IMG/VR virus record: IMGVR_UViG_3300042453_005404
Coordinates: 124,001 to 188,000 of that record
Length of the DNA stretch: 64,000 nucleotides
Direction: 5' to 3' (one strand)
Shown here: positions 44,041 to 55,000 of the stretch, piece after piece
Layout: each line of letters opens with the position of its first letter
Position numbering within the stretch: the stretch's first letter is position 1
Program-made: the position numbers and the translations under genes
The notes under the pieces: model-generated
What the model was told of the DNA's origin: nothing
Seen by the model: the letters and a program-made list of their open reading frames with translations, nothing else
Database searches by the model: none

Positions 44041-44499
44041 TCATGCCACACTTACAACACAATGTAAGTGATATATGCATGTTTTGTTATTGCGGTAAGC
44101 ACTCATAGAAACGTGTTCAAGCCATTCTTGAATCGAGTGATTGTCTACAGCTAGCTTTACAGATTTTTCTGGAGGAGTTTCGTGTGGTTGTTTACGGTAT
44201 GAGAGCAACGTTTCATCTGTAGCAGCTTCTACAGCACGTTTATATTCTTCTGTGATACGTTCTAAACGTTTACCAATGATTTCTAGTAACTCTTCACGAA
44301 AACGTTTACGGCTTTCGATATAAGCATTTGCTGACCCTCCAAGGTTAACAAGTATTTGTGCTTTAACTTGAATAGTGTTTTCAAGTGGCATAGTCATTTT
44401 GACAAAGTGGTTTGGATAAGCACGCTCAGATGATTTGCCAAAAGAAGTATCTAAAAGATTGGTTAGCAACCTATAGCGAGCACGTTGTTGAATAGGCAT
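44041..44499 (-). CDS. hypothetical protein upstream of terL
   Basis: AAGGA RBS; TACTTA motif upstream. Confidence 0.7.
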   Translation of the reverse strand: MPIQQRARYRLLTNLLDTSFGKSSERAYPNHFVKMTMPLENTIQVKAQILVNLGGSANAYIESRKRFREELLEIIGKRLERITEEYKRAVEAATDETLLSYRKQPHETPPEKSVKLAVDNHSIQEWLEHVSMSAYRNNKTCIYHLHCVVSVA

Positions 44500-44523
44500 A
44501 GTTTATCCTTTAGGGATAAGTAT

Positions 44524-44817
44524 TCATTTGAACTGTATTTGTGGAAGGAAAGCCATATGCCTACGTTCCATATAGCTCTTCCAACGTTCGCTTTGTTTGT
44601 CTGGCACAGTGTTGCTGCTTCTCCAGTATAAGTGACACATATAACAAGCTTGTGTTTCACGGTAACTGTTGGCGTCGTCTGCTGTTTTCATTGGATATTC
44701 ACACAATGGACAGTGGAACGGAACAATGACTTTGTTGTGGTCTATTGGGGCCACAACAACCACTTTACCGTTGTGTAGCAGGGTTATTTGTTTGTTGTCA
44801 TGAGTTAGAGATTGCAT
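44524..44817 (-). CDS. zinc-finger protein
   Basis: CPLC...CYMC. Confidence 0.65.
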   Translation of the reverse strand: MQSLTHDNKQITLLHNGKVVVVAPIDHNKVIVPFHCPLCEYPMKTADDANSYRETQACYMCHLYWRSSNTVPDKQSERWKSYMERRHMAFLPQIQFK

Positions 44818-44860
44818 ATAAGTTACTATATATTAGTATAACGGTTTTAAGGTGTATTTC

Positions 44861-46384
44861 ATGAAAAAAAATAGAGCTCATGAGTTTCTCAATTATTTAC
44901 TTGAGACAGCAGCTAGCGATGAATACGAACAAACAGTTTTAGATGCGCTAAAAGCGGCTGGTATTCAAGGCAACATAAAAGCCGTCGCTGGATCGAGTGC
45001 AACCGAACCAGATTCAGATTTCTTTGTACCGGTAGGAAACAAAGGCCCACATATCATGGAAATCAAGATGGATTGGGGAGCTCAACTTGGAGGAGGCTCT
45101 TGGACCATTACTGAAAAAGAGGGTAAGATCAAGTATAAATGGACAGGAAAAATTAAAGCCATTGACATGGAAACCGATGAAGAACTCAGGTCTTCAACAG
45201 CTGCAATGAAAAGTGCGCTAACTAAATGGCTTGGGACAAACGGAGCATTGGCAGCATGGAGAAGACATGTTCAAAAGGTAAGATCTGGAATGAAAATAAC
45301 CGTTATAAAAGACGGTAAAAAATATCAGCTCAGAGAAACAGCCTCGGGACAACGTATAAACCAAGAAGGAAAAGGTTTGTCATGTTCAAAATTTGCTTGG
45401 GAACATGCAAAAAGAGCAGGTCTTTTGCAAAAGTTGCAAATAAACGTTAATTCTTCAGTAAAGTTCATGGAAAAACATTACGAATCCAAAGGTGCTCGTT
45501 ATATTCAACTTGGTGGTCCTAATGGTGGATTTTATCGTTTTGGTGACGATTCAACTGCCGCAAATTTTAAACAATATGTGCCAGATGTTCCTGAGTTTGG
45601 ACGTGGACCTACTTTTGCTCCAATTCCTTTCAAAATAGAAATGCGTGCAACTCGTGCCGGTGCGCAGGGAGAAAAGTGTGCTTTATCAATCCGAGCTCAA
45701 GGTAGACAAAAAATTAAAAAAGAAAGTTTTGAAAAATCCCCATATAGAATGGATGAAGTTGCTAGCATTCGAAAATTGATGACAACATATAATAACAATT
45801 TTTTAAGTGCTCAGGAGACTGCTACACCCACAAGCAGTACATCTAGAACTAGAACCGGTAAACGTAAAAGCTCCCGTGCTGCCAACGAAGCTCTGAACGA
45901 AGAACTTTCTTTGGGTCTTGCAGGAGGTGGTTCTGGCCGTAGAACAGATTTTGACTTAACAGGATTATCCAATATTGACGAGCCAACAATGTCATTTCGA
46001 AACTTGTATGATATGCCAGAAAATATTGCACCAGTTAAACCAGAAGACTTCTTTGAATTAGTAGAATCAAAAAATAATTTCGAGTATGATTTTGGTGGCT
46101 TTAAATCAACTACCGAAAGCCTAACAGACTATGATTATGATTTCGATATCGGTGACGAAGAAGAAGAACGAGATAACTTAATCAGCACACAAGAAGAAGA
46201 TCAGAGAAGCTGGAATATGAGTAACGGCGTTATTGGTATGAGCAACGAAAGGTTCGACGAACTTGTAAACGACGGTTATGAATTTCAAGAAATCACTGAT
46301 GATGAAAATAAAACTGAAGAGCCTAGAGAACTTGTTGCAACTGTCAAAGAATCAAAAGTAAGTCTCAAATCGATTTTGTTTTGA
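44861..46384 (+). CDS. putative PD-(D/E)xK nuclease-fold protein with acidic C-terminus
   Basis: YE...PD...EIK; YIQLG; ends with tag-like SLKSILF. Confidence 0.45.
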   Translation: MKKNRAHEFLNYLLETAASDEYEQTVLDALKAAGIQGNIKAVAGSSATEPDSDFFVPVGNKGPHIMEIKMDWGAQLGGGSWTITEKEGKIKYKWTGKIKAIDMETDEELRSSTAAMKSALTKWLGTNGALAAWRRHVQKVRSGMKITVIKDGKKYQLRETASGQRINQEGKGLSCSKFAWEHAKRAGLLQKLQINVNSSVKFMEKHYESKGARYIQLGGPNGGFYRFGDDSTAANFKQYVPDVPEFGRGPTFAPIPFKIEMRATRAGAQGEKCALSIRAQGRQKIKKESFEKSPYRMDEVASIRKLMTTYNNNFLSAQETATPTSSTSRTRTGKRKSSRAANEALNEELSLGLAGGGSGRRTDFDLTGLSNIDEPTMSFRNLYDMPENIAPVKPEDFFELVESKNNFEYDFGGFKSTTESLTDYDYDFDIGDEEEERDNLISTQEEDQRSWNMSNGVIGMSNERFDELVNDGYEFQEITDDENKTEEPRELVATVKESKVSLKSILF

Positions 46385-47303
46385 TAAACTTTTTGAGCTT
46401 TCCAACGGCCAAGTTCTTCATCTTGGCTTCCACATCAATATCTACAACATCCCTTACAACCCCATCACGCTGACAATCTGGAATATAGTGAATATAATCA
46501 CTGTGCTTGCGTCTGTCTGTAAAGTTACCGTTCTCCAATCCCGGCGTAGTGTTAGACAAATGCTGCAAAGGTTTAACTCCAGTATTCTTCCAAGTGTATA
46601 CAGCCAAACCATATGCGTCATCTAGTGATAAGTTAGCGTCGTTAAACGTGTGATGGTGGCTATCCCATACAACAGGAACACCTGTAGCTGTATGCACTTG
46701 CAATAGATCTACAAGGTTGTATGCACTTTCATCGTTCTCAAACGTGAGTCGAGAACGCACGTTATCTGGTAGATTGCGAACAACTTGAATAAGTTGAGCC
46801 AACCGATCAGACTTGCCACCGTGAATATTGATGGCAGCATAAGGTGTAGCGGGTAGATGCATCTTGTCAAATACCCAAGCATGATGCGACAGTTCCTTGA
46901 TGGCATTGTTAACCGTTACAGGATTATCTGAGCTTAGTACAACAAACTGATCGGGATGTGTAGTTACACGAATCCCAGCGTCAGTAAAAGCCTTACCAAG
47001 CTTGGTAAGCAGCAAACTAACTTGCTCGTCATTGTCAATAATATCACGGTTGTATTCTGCAAGAGAAAACAAACCACTAGACATACGAAACAACTTGATG
47101 TTGTTTGCTACAAGTTTTGGAACAAGTTTGATAATCTCATTGATGTTGTTGAGATAAACTTCACGGATTGTAGACTTGGTATACAAACCTTTTTGAAAGC
47201 GACCTAGTTGCAAGGTACGCTCGTTGATAGAGTTTTCGTAGACTACAGAACCATCACGCTTGGTGCGTGGTTCCAACCATTGACAGCAAACACCTAGACT
47301 CAT
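46365..47303 (-). CDS. uvsE: UV DNA damage endonuclease
   Basis: LFRMSS, HPDQFVVLSS, INIHGG, LTFENDE, WDSHH, HSDYI, EAKMK; leaderless promoter places the start at 47303. Confidence 0.92.
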   Translation of the reverse strand: MSLGVCCQWLEPRTKRDGSVVYENSINERTLQLGRFQKGLYTKSTIREVYLNNINEIIKLVPKLVANNIKLFRMSSGLFSLAEYNRDIIDNDEQVSLLLTKLGKAFTDAGIRVTTHPDQFVVLSSDNPVTVNNAIKELSHHAWVFDKMHLPATPYAAINIHGGKSDRLAQLIQVVRNLPDNVRSRLTFENDESAYNLVDLLQVHTATGVPVVWDSHHHTFNDANLSLDDAYGLAVYTWKNTGVKPLQHLSNTTPGLENGNFTDRRKHSDYIHYIPDCQRDGVVRDVVDIDVEAKMKNLAVGKLKKFIKTKSI

Positions 47304-47344
47304 ACCTTTATCATACAATATGATAAAGATTATCTAAAGGTATT

Positions 47345-47833
47345 TTACATTGTTCTGCAAGTTGTTGGAGCAATATTGCAAAGTCTGGTTGTGTTGATAT
47401 TATGGGAGTTTTGTGCGAGTGAACGCAAACGATTTGCAACACTTATTGCTCTTCTGGAGTATGGTAATCCAACCATTGTGTTGCGGCACAAACCGGTTCT
47501 GAATCTACGGGCAGCACCTTCCCATGTTCCACATACTTCATATGAGTGCCACAATATCGCCGCAGCTTGCATAGGTGTTCCTGCAACATGTCTTCTTGTT
47601 GGGGAAATAGGAGCACCCCAGTTACCACCCTCGCCTTGATCACATCCAAGGTGTGTTTCCATAAATCCAACTGCTGTAAGAACTTCGGTAGGCATCTCTG
47701 GATATTGTCTCTGAGCCTCAACAAGAACTTGCTCAATCTGTGTTCTGTGCTCAATAATGCATTGTCGGTTATTTCCTGACATGTATGGAAACAAAGCTAA
47801 GATTGCGGTTACCGCTTCTACTGGTGAAATCAT
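47345..47833 (-). CDS. possible lysozyme/SLT-like muramidase
   Basis: AVGFMET catalytic-Glu-like helix; AA.IL...W.GA..F..G. Confidence 0.4.
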   Translation of the reverse strand: MISPVEAVTAILALFPYMSGNNRQCIIEHRTQIEQVLVEAQRQYPEMPTEVLTAVGFMETHLGCDQGEGGNWGAPISPTRRHVAGTPMQAAAILWHSYEVCGTWEGAARRFRTGLCRNTMVGLPYSRRAISVANRLRSLAQNSHNINTTRLCNIAPTTCRTM

Positions 47834-48042
47834 CGTTCTTTTCCTTTGTTTGTCGATTTCTAGCGTAACATACGCTTTTTTGAATCGAAAGCCATATTGG
47901 CTACACTATATATAGTGCTCTCAAAATCAAAATTCTTTTTGACTCTCAGACCATTTTTCTGAAGATTTCTGAAAATTGGTGGGAGGGGGCTTCTATATAT
48001 TGTTATTGGGTAAAGTAGAATCCCAGAACAAGGAGAAAGTTT

Positions 48043-48549
48043 ATGAGATTAACATTAGGACAACTAAAAAGAATCATTAAAGAAGCGATAATAAAAGAAC
48101 AATGTGAAAAAATTGGTGGAACAGAGGTTTTGGTCTTTACGTATGATGGAAAAATTCGTGGAGTGTTTTCCAGCGAGGCCGAAGCTAAGACAGAGGTACA
48201 AAAGGTAAGATCGAGCCTTAAAGGTATAGATATGAAAAAAGGGAAGTTCCACAGGATGATTGTGGACGGCCCACAAAAAAAGATTGAGGACGGCCTGCCA
48301 CAAAATGATTCAAGTTTATGTGACAATGACGGCAAACAGGTTTGGGTTTTATCGGATAATAGTGGAAAAATTCATGGAGTGTTTTCCAGCATAGAGTACG
48401 CTATGAAAGAGGAAAAAGAGAAAGGTATAGAATTGCATATAGACAAATGGTCTGTGAACTACCCGCCACAAAAAAAGATTGATTCAAGTTTAATAAGTGG
48501 CATCGATCCCGACGCTTCCGATACCGCTCCTAGTAGATATAACTGGTGA
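48043..48549 (+). CDS. tagged protein with two internal repeats
   Basis: MRLTLGQLKRIIKE; GKIxGVFSS...PQKKI twice. Confidence 0.7.
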   Translation: MRLTLGQLKRIIKEAIIKEQCEKIGGTEVLVFTYDGKIRGVFSSEAEAKTEVQKVRSSLKGIDMKKGKFHRMIVDGPQKKIEDGLPQNDSSLCDNDGKQVWVLSDNSGKIHGVFSSIEYAMKEEKEKGIELHIDKWSVNYPPQKKIDSSLISGIDPDASDTAPSRYNW

Positions 48550-48677
48550 GAAAGTGTATGTTTTGCATCGCCCAGACACACACTCAATTTTGCTACCCAT
48601 CACTAGAAATGATCTCTAAACGTGCCAAAAACCTTGCCTATGGTGGTGGTTGATCAATAATCCAAAACAAACAAAAT

Positions 48678-48716
48678 CATAAAGGCACCAAGGTTATCCC
48701 TTTGGTGCCTTTTATG
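48678..48716. terminator. hairpin terminator (bidirectional)
   Basis: AAAGGCACCAA...TTGGTGCCTTT. Confidence 0.7.
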
Positions 48717-48721
48717 TTATT

Positions 48722-48798
48722 TGGAGCCCATTGTCGGATTTGAACCAACGACATCAACTTTACAAAAGTTGCGCTCTAGCCAACTGAGCTAAACGGGC
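48722..48798 (-). tRNA. tRNA-Thr(TGT)
   Basis: cloverleaf, CAACT-TTTGTAA-AGTTG, encoded CCA. Confidence 0.93.
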
Positions 48799-48801
48799 TT
48801 A

Positions 48802-48873
48802 TATCACTCAAAGGATTTTCACCTTTATCTTTCCTCTAACAAAGAGGGGCTTTGAAAGTTAAGCTAGAGTGAT
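48802..48873 (-). ncRNA. non-canonical tRNA-Thr(TGT)-like RNA
   Basis: acceptor ATCACTC/GAGTGAT, D-stem GCTT/AAGC, CCTC-TTTGTTA-GAGG, T-arm AAAGG-TGAAAAT-CCTTT. Confidence 0.65.
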
Positions 48874-48888
48874 TATAATATCTATCTA

Positions 48889-49089
48889 CTAACGTTTCTG
48901 AACAAACTCGTAGAGGCTTTCAGCGGTACGCTTGATATCCTCAATCGTTGGGCATGGAAGCATAACTGGCGAACGATTCTCACGTTCTGCGCTAATACGC
49001 TCGATTTCCATTTCTGTGTGCCAACGCTCAAAAAGCATTTCCTTGCTTTCATTTAGCAAGGCATGACGAATCTCATAACCTGTTGACAT
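48889..49089 (-). CDS. small phage protein (YEIR..LL...P...I...A..LY.FV)
   Basis: AGGAG RBS preceded by an ACACAC tract. Confidence 0.7.
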   Translation of the reverse strand: MSTGYEIRHALLNESKEMLFERWHTEMEIERISAERENRSPVMLPCPTIEDIKRTAESLYEFVQKR

Positions 49090-49136
49090 ATAACTTCTCC
49101 TGTGTGTATGTGTGTGAAATCACTCGACTATTCGAG

Positions 49137-49210
49137 TGGTGGACCGTGGCAGAGTCGAACTGCCGAAAACTGGATGCAAACCAGCTATTTTCCCACTAAA
49201 TTAACGGCCC
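49137..49210 (-). tRNA. tRNA-Ala(TGC)
   Basis: G3:U70, loop TTTGCAT, encoded CCA. Confidence 0.9.
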
Positions 49211-49263
49211 GAACCGGGGAAGTGTTTTAAGCTTCCCCATTATGTATCATCTAAGTAGTATGA

Positions 49264-49551
49264 TCAGAATGATTCTACACGTTCTTGAATACGTTGTGTA
49301 ATCGATTCAACTGCATGATTAAGAGTTGCTTCATCGTTTAGGATGCGAACATCTCCCCAACCTTCCATTAGGTTACGATGCTCTGACGGAGTAAGAAGGG
49401 GACTGATCTCACGAAGCAGACCAACAGCCTCTACATCATTTGCATGTGTAAGATTTTCCCAACTTGAATGCCGAGCACGAACACAAAACTTACCAAGTGT
49501 TTCAAGAAGAAATCGATCTGACTCTGATAGACGAACTGTACGCTTTGCCAT
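49264..49551 (-). CDS. hypothetical protein
   Basis: ORF with TTTAGC-17-TATTCT promoter upstream. Confidence 0.65.
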   Translation of the reverse strand: MAKRTVRLSESDRFLLETLGKFCVRARHSSWENLTHANDVEAVGLLREISPLLTPSEHRNLMEGWGDVRILNDEATLNHAVESITQRIQERVESF

Positions 49552-49680
49552 GTGATATATTCTCTTTTGTTAACGTTGAAGATTCTGTAGCTCTTATTCG
49601 CTACATACATAGAATAGCATGGATATATTCTCAGCTAAAACTATTTATGAACGATCTAGTCAAAAAAGGAATCATACACA

Positions 49681-50220
49681 ATGCGTATTACTGTAAAACA
49701 ACTCAAACGTTTAATCAAAGAAGCTTTAAGAGAGTTACCACCAAAAATCGATCCAAGCACATACAAACCTAATAAATCAGAGCCGGTATGTGGATTGCTT
49801 GTGAATGGGGTATCTCGAAGCTCGTACACAACTCTAAAACAAGCAGAAGAAGTGGCAAAAGTTCTAATACAATCTGGTTACGATGTAGAGATTGTTGATT
49901 TTAAAGGACAGGGTACAGCGTCGGGTGGCTGGGAGGATTTTAGTGTTAGAGGAGCTGATGCGTACCTCACGAATCGAAGTGCAGAGGAGATAATGGAGAT
50001 CGTGGACGAGGAGGAGCGCATCGTCGGCCAGCCACGTCGTCGTGTACGAGCCGCCAGCACCCCCGCCCGCCCGCACCCCGACGACCTCGGTCCCTACCCC
50101 GGCGCTGGGCGGTACCGCAGCGCCGGGGAGATCTCCACGGGGTATATACCGGGGTACAACCCGCCGCCGCCGAGAAGGCAGATGGGTGTGAATGAAGGAC
50201 GATATCGCCGCAATAAATAA
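49681..50220 (+). CDS. tagged protein with GC-rich Pro/Arg-rich insert
   Basis: MRITVKQLKRLIKE; AAGGA RBS. Confidence 0.75.
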   Translation: MRITVKQLKRLIKEALRELPPKIDPSTYKPNKSEPVCGLLVNGVSRSSYTTLKQAEEVAKVLIQSGYDVEIVDFKGQGTASGGWEDFSVRGADAYLTNRSAEEIMEIVDEEERIVGQPRRRVRAASTPARPHPDDLGPYPGAGRYRSAGEISTGYIPGYNPPPPRRQMGVNEGRYRRNK

Positions 50221-50263
50221 AAAAAGATACTAGATATATATCAAGGATAGCAAGGAGCATACA

Positions 50264-50716
50264 ATGCGTATTACTGTAAAACAACTCAAACAACTTATTC
50301 GTGAAACTGTAGAAGATATCGATCCAATGGATTTAGAACGTCAAGCAGGAAATCTTCCATCAACAAAGGAAGATTTGTTTCAACTTTACAGCGATATGTA
50401 CAAAGAGATGTACGGCATTCGTCCACATTGGCTTAGAATGGATGAAGTGTCTGAAGATGAGCTGCGTGCGATGATCGAGCACTTAGAGCAACGTTACGAA
50501 AGAGAAATCGAAGCAAGAAAACGAGAAGCTGAAGAAGAAGAAAAATTCTATAAAAAACTTCGAATAGAACGTGAAAAAGCGGATAAGGAAAGAGCTGAAC
50601 TTGCTGCGATGGGTTATGAGGGCATGGAAGATCTAGAAAACCTCCCAAGCAGAAGTGGTATGGGTAGACGCCTTGCAGAGTCAATCAAAAAAGCTGTTCG
50701 TGATTCACTTAAATAA
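50264..50716 (+). CDS. tagged protein (YSDxYKExYGIRP motif)
   Basis: MRITVKQLKQLIRE; first 27 nt identical to the 49681 gene. Confidence 0.75.
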   Translation: MRITVKQLKQLIRETVEDIDPMDLERQAGNLPSTKEDLFQLYSDMYKEMYGIRPHWLRMDEVSEDELRAMIEHLEQRYEREIEARKREAEEEEKFYKKLRIEREKADKERAELAAMGYEGMEDLENLPSRSGMGRRLAESIKKAVRDSLK

Positions 50717-50727
50717 ATACCTTAAAA

Positions 50728-51795
50728 ATGAATCTGCACCTTCTTAGACTAATTTTCAAAGAAACCGTAGCTAGTATATTGGCTGAAGGAGGCTGGGATA
50801 CAACAGTCACACAGTCTACAGTCATTCGTCCATCTACAGTTAAACAAGCTCTTGTTGTAGCCAATAAACTTATCGATGGCTTCAATTCTTTTTTGGACGA
50901 AAAAGGAATACCACACGTTAGAATAGGAACACCTCTTGGTAGTTCCGCTTATCACGAAATAGATCCAGAAGACAAAATCTATGGAGATATTGATTTACAA
51001 CTTGTTGTGCCAGAACTTCCAGAACATGAAAAACTAACAATTAGTCAAATTCAAGGATACTGGGGTGATTTAATAAAAGAATATACTACCGAAGCAAATC
51101 TTAATTTTGTTCATGAAGATTCAGAATCTGGGCATCCGATTTTAAAAATCGGAGAAAATAAATGGGTTCAAGTAGACATGATTATTCATCAAGAGTCTGT
51201 AGAGCATTGGGGTAGATATCGTGCAACCCCAGAAAGAGGAGTTAAAGGATTGCTTATGGGCAATATGTTTTCTACTCTTGGTTCTTTGCTTGACATGAGT
51301 ATTCAACATTCGGGTGTTCAATATAAGCTTGGTATAAAGGATAAAACAAGAAAACCTTATTCAACAACACGCAGAGATTTTTCTATGGTAACTGTTACTA
51401 CAGACCCAGAAACTTTTGTTAAAGATATTTTTGATCATGAATATTCAATGATTACTGGCAAAGATCCAAGAAGAGCTAAAATCGATAAACTTCTTTCTCA
51501 ATATCAGGGTGTTAATGTTGACAACATTAAAGTTGAAACTTTAGTTAAGGCTGTAAAAGGTTTGGCTGCAAGCTTTGCTATGAACAATATGTACGGCAAA
51601 GGTTCTCTTGCCAAATACAGTTCACCAGAACAGTTTTTGTCTGAATTTATGCGGGTTTATGAAGGTAAAGCTGAGAAAGATATTAACTCAGCTAAGAGAG
51701 ACAAAGCAACAACTCCAGAAGCTATTGCCAGAGCAGCGAGTGACAGAGAAAAGGTTCGTTCGGGTCTTGAAATGGTTAAACAATTGTTTGGCTGA
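50728..51795 (+). CDS. tagged Pol-beta-superfamily nucleotidyltransferase
   Basis: LGSS...GDIDL...VQVD. Confidence 0.7.
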   Translation: MNLHLLRLIFKETVASILAEGGWDTTVTQSTVIRPSTVKQALVVANKLIDGFNSFLDEKGIPHVRIGTPLGSSAYHEIDPEDKIYGDIDLQLVVPELPEHEKLTISQIQGYWGDLIKEYTTEANLNFVHEDSESGHPILKIGENKWVQVDMIIHQESVEHWGRYRATPERGVKGLLMGNMFSTLGSLLDMSIQHSGVQYKLGIKDKTRKPYSTTRRDFSMVTVTTDPETFVKDIFDHEYSMITGKDPRRAKIDKLLSQYQGVNVDNIKVETLVKAVKGLAASFAMNNMYGKGSLAKYSSPEQFLSEFMRVYEGKAEKDINSAKRDKATTPEAIARAASDREKVRSGLEMVKQLFG

Positions 51796-51873
51796 TCTAT
51801 TTATTGAAAGATACACAGAGAATTTAAAATAGATGAATTAAAGGAATTGATTGTTGAAGCATTTAATGAGCTA

Positions 51874-52017
51874 ATGGAAAAGAAAAAGCTCAAAGGCAAA
51901 CAAAAAAATCTTGATGTTGCACCACCCTTTGATGAACTCAACAAATATGATTTTCAAAAACTTCGTGCAATAAACAAATCTAAGACAAGCAAGAAAAAAC
52001 CAAAAAAAGAAGACTGA
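51874..52017 (+). CDS. small basic protein (LxGxQxxLD...DFxxLR)
   Basis: start uncertain; the frame extends upstream with a tag-like LKELIVE. Confidence 0.4.
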   Translation: MEKKKLKGKQKNLDVAPPFDELNKYDFQKLRAINKSKTSKKKPKKED

Positions 52018-52036
52018 AAGCTATCAACGTTGATGT

Positions 52037-52069
52037 AAAAAAACCCGTGGGTGATAAGCCCACGGGTTT
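52037..52069. terminator. terminator between convergent genes
   Basis: AAACCCGTGGG-TGATAAG-CCCACGGGTTT. Confidence 0.85.
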
Positions 52070-52075
52070 CTCATT

Positions 52076-55000
52076 TCAGCAGTTCACACTACTTTCATTC
52101 CCGTTGTCATAAATTGTAATCATACTATTTGCCACCTCTTTTACTGCATCGATATGTGAGATGACAATCATACTTTTGAACCTAGTTTTGATACTTTGTA
52201 GTAACTCCAAAACTTTACCAACGTTATTTGCGTCAAGAACTCCCCAACCTTCATCGATGATAAAGATATCAGGCTTTGGAAGGCTTGAAAGGCTTATTAG
52301 AGCCACACGAATAGCTAGAGATGCAATCATCTTCTCCATGCCGCTAGCAAGCTCTATAACCCTTCTAGAGTCTTTATCTTCGATAAAGACATCCAGAGTA
52401 TTGCTTCCTACTTCTGTTTCTAGAAAGATACGGAAAGAAACAATACCAGCAAGAATGTTGTTTAGCTCGGCATTAATCTCTGGAAGTTTGTTCTTCAACA
52501 CATAAGCTGGGATACCGTTCTTGGAGAACGCTTGCACGATGGAATCATATACCTTTTGTTCTTCAATAATCTTTGCCGCTTCTTCTGCTTCTTTTGACAA
52601 TTGTTCAAGCTTGTTGGTATAACCTCCAAGTTTGACATAAAGCTGCTGAAGCTTGGTTTCCATGTCACGGATTGTGGTAGCAAGCACTCGTTCTTCTTCG
52701 ATACTTGAACCTAGATCTTCTTGCTTGTTTAGTTCCTCAACAAGAGCTACATGTTCTGTTTTAGCAGCTTCAAGTTCTTGCTGGAGAGAAGCTATGGTTT
52801 CAATACAACCTTTCATCAAGGTTTCGGAAAATGAAAGCTTTTGTTCGTTGCTTTCTAGTTCTTTCTCCCAGCGACGATATACTTTGATTTGCTCTTCAAT
52901 TTTTTCCTGTTGCAGAGCGTCAAAGTCTGCTTTCACAGTTTCATACGTTGCAAGAATATCTTCAACAAGCTTCTTTTGAGCTTCGTGGGTAGCCTTGTCT
53001 GCATGACTATCTTTAATGTAGTGACAAGTTGGGAAGCTATCACCACATGGTACCATATCAAGTTTCTTGATACTCTTTACTTGAACAGCTAGTTTTTGCT
53101 GTTCTTGTGATACTTCAACCTTAAGGTCGTTGTAGCTTTCACCGAGCTTCTTAAGCTTTCCAGCTTTCTCTTCAAGTTCCGCAAGCTGCATATTTGCTAG
53201 TTGCTGCTTGATTTCTTGTAGCTTTTCACGCAAGTTATTACAGCTGTCATTATGACCGTCAAGTTCTACTTGACGGTTTGCAAGCTTACCTTGAATGCGT
53301 TCGCACTTATTAGATGCTTCTGCAACCTTGCGACGAAGATCGGCTTGCTTGTCCGCACCATGACGTTGCAACCAACCACGAAGCTTTTCAAGCCTTTCTT
53401 TTTTGTTATCAACATCTTGTTTTGCTGCAAAGATATCTTGATTGCAAGAATCGATTGAAGCTTGGCATTCACTCTTTGCTTCGTTCCAGTTTACGTTACG
53501 GAACTTGCTACTAAGAGTGTTGAACTTTTGGAGTTCTTCATTTGCCATCTTGTAAAGCTTTTCAAAGATATCCAAGTCAAGGAATCGATTAAGGATAGCT
53601 TTGCGTTGTGTGGCACCCTCATCGATAAAGCGATTCATACCACCTTGATTTGAAAAGGCAGTAAGCAAGAAATCTTGTGATGTACCAATAAGCTTACGAA
53701 CAACTTTGTCGGTATCTGTTCTGGATTCACTGTTCTCGGAAACAAGTTCTACTTCTGTTCCATCACTTTCCAGACGAGACAAACAAAGCTTGGTTGCAGC
53801 CTTTTCATCATCATATCTACCACCACGCTTTGATGCCTTGGCAACAGAACGTTCAACAACATAATCGGTTCCAGATACGTTGATAGTTACTCTTGCGTAA
53901 CCTTCACGCTTATTCTTGTTGATGATATAAGAGCTCTTTACCGGTCCTCGGTCTGTTGTGTTGAATAGACCAAACATAAGAGAACCAACAATAGAACTCT
54001 TTCCTACCTTGTTTGGACCAAAGATACCTGTGATACCATTGAGATTAGAAAAATCAATGCGATTTCCTTCTCCGTAACGATATAGATTGGAAAACTCCAT
54101 GTCTTTAATAGACCACACAACATCTCTGGCAACATCATCTTCCAGTTGCCGCACCTTTTCCAGAGACTTCTGAACATATGCCTTTGCTTCATCTTTTTGC
54201 GTAGATGACAAAGCGATCTTGTAATCTTTCTCTACAAAGGAATCATAGAGCTCACAAAGTAGTTCTGGAGAGTTACGAAGGCTGGTGGCCTTTTGGTGCG
54301 TATCTTCGTCAGATCCACTCTCGCTAATGTTCTCGTTCTTCCCAGCCTTGAATACTACTTCACTGGCTTTGTGCTTGTTCTTTAGCTCGTCATACAGTTC
54401 TTTCATTTGAAGATGAAACACTGTTTGATCTGACACAATACGAACACGCTTATGCTGCAAGGTTTTACCTGCAACCTTGAGAGCTTCTGATACAGTAGAT
54501 GCTACATCACCTTTCCAATCCACTGTGATGAACTGGTAATCGTTTGCTACTTGATGAAAGGTTACATCCCAATCATCAGCAGAACGAATATCCCAAACGT
54601 GATAACCTTTAACAACATCTTCACCATAGTTCTGTTGAATAAGAGAACCGGGATAACCAATCCAAGGCTTCATTGGCAGGTCATCTTCGTCAATTTCAAT
54701 AATTTCATTTCCTTCGCACGTTCGCTCACTTAAAAATTGACTATGGTGAATATCTCCCAGAAGCGCAAAGTCAAAACGTTCAAACATAGAGATTTCAGCT
54801 TCTCCATGAGACATAACCCAATCCGAATCTGTTTTGCAGCCTCTTACAGAGCCGTGAAACATAGCAACGTTGATTAGGTCTTCGTCGGTTTGAACGTTAT
54901 TCCATCCAGCTTCATCAAAGCAAGACAACACGCATAGGTTGATGTTTGTGTTGGGAATAATCCAGTTGCCGCTTTTCTTGAACAAAACGATTCTTGGATT

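Noticed and set aside
44041-44499. Terminase small subunit call
   Set aside because: Only position supports it; no recognisable motif.
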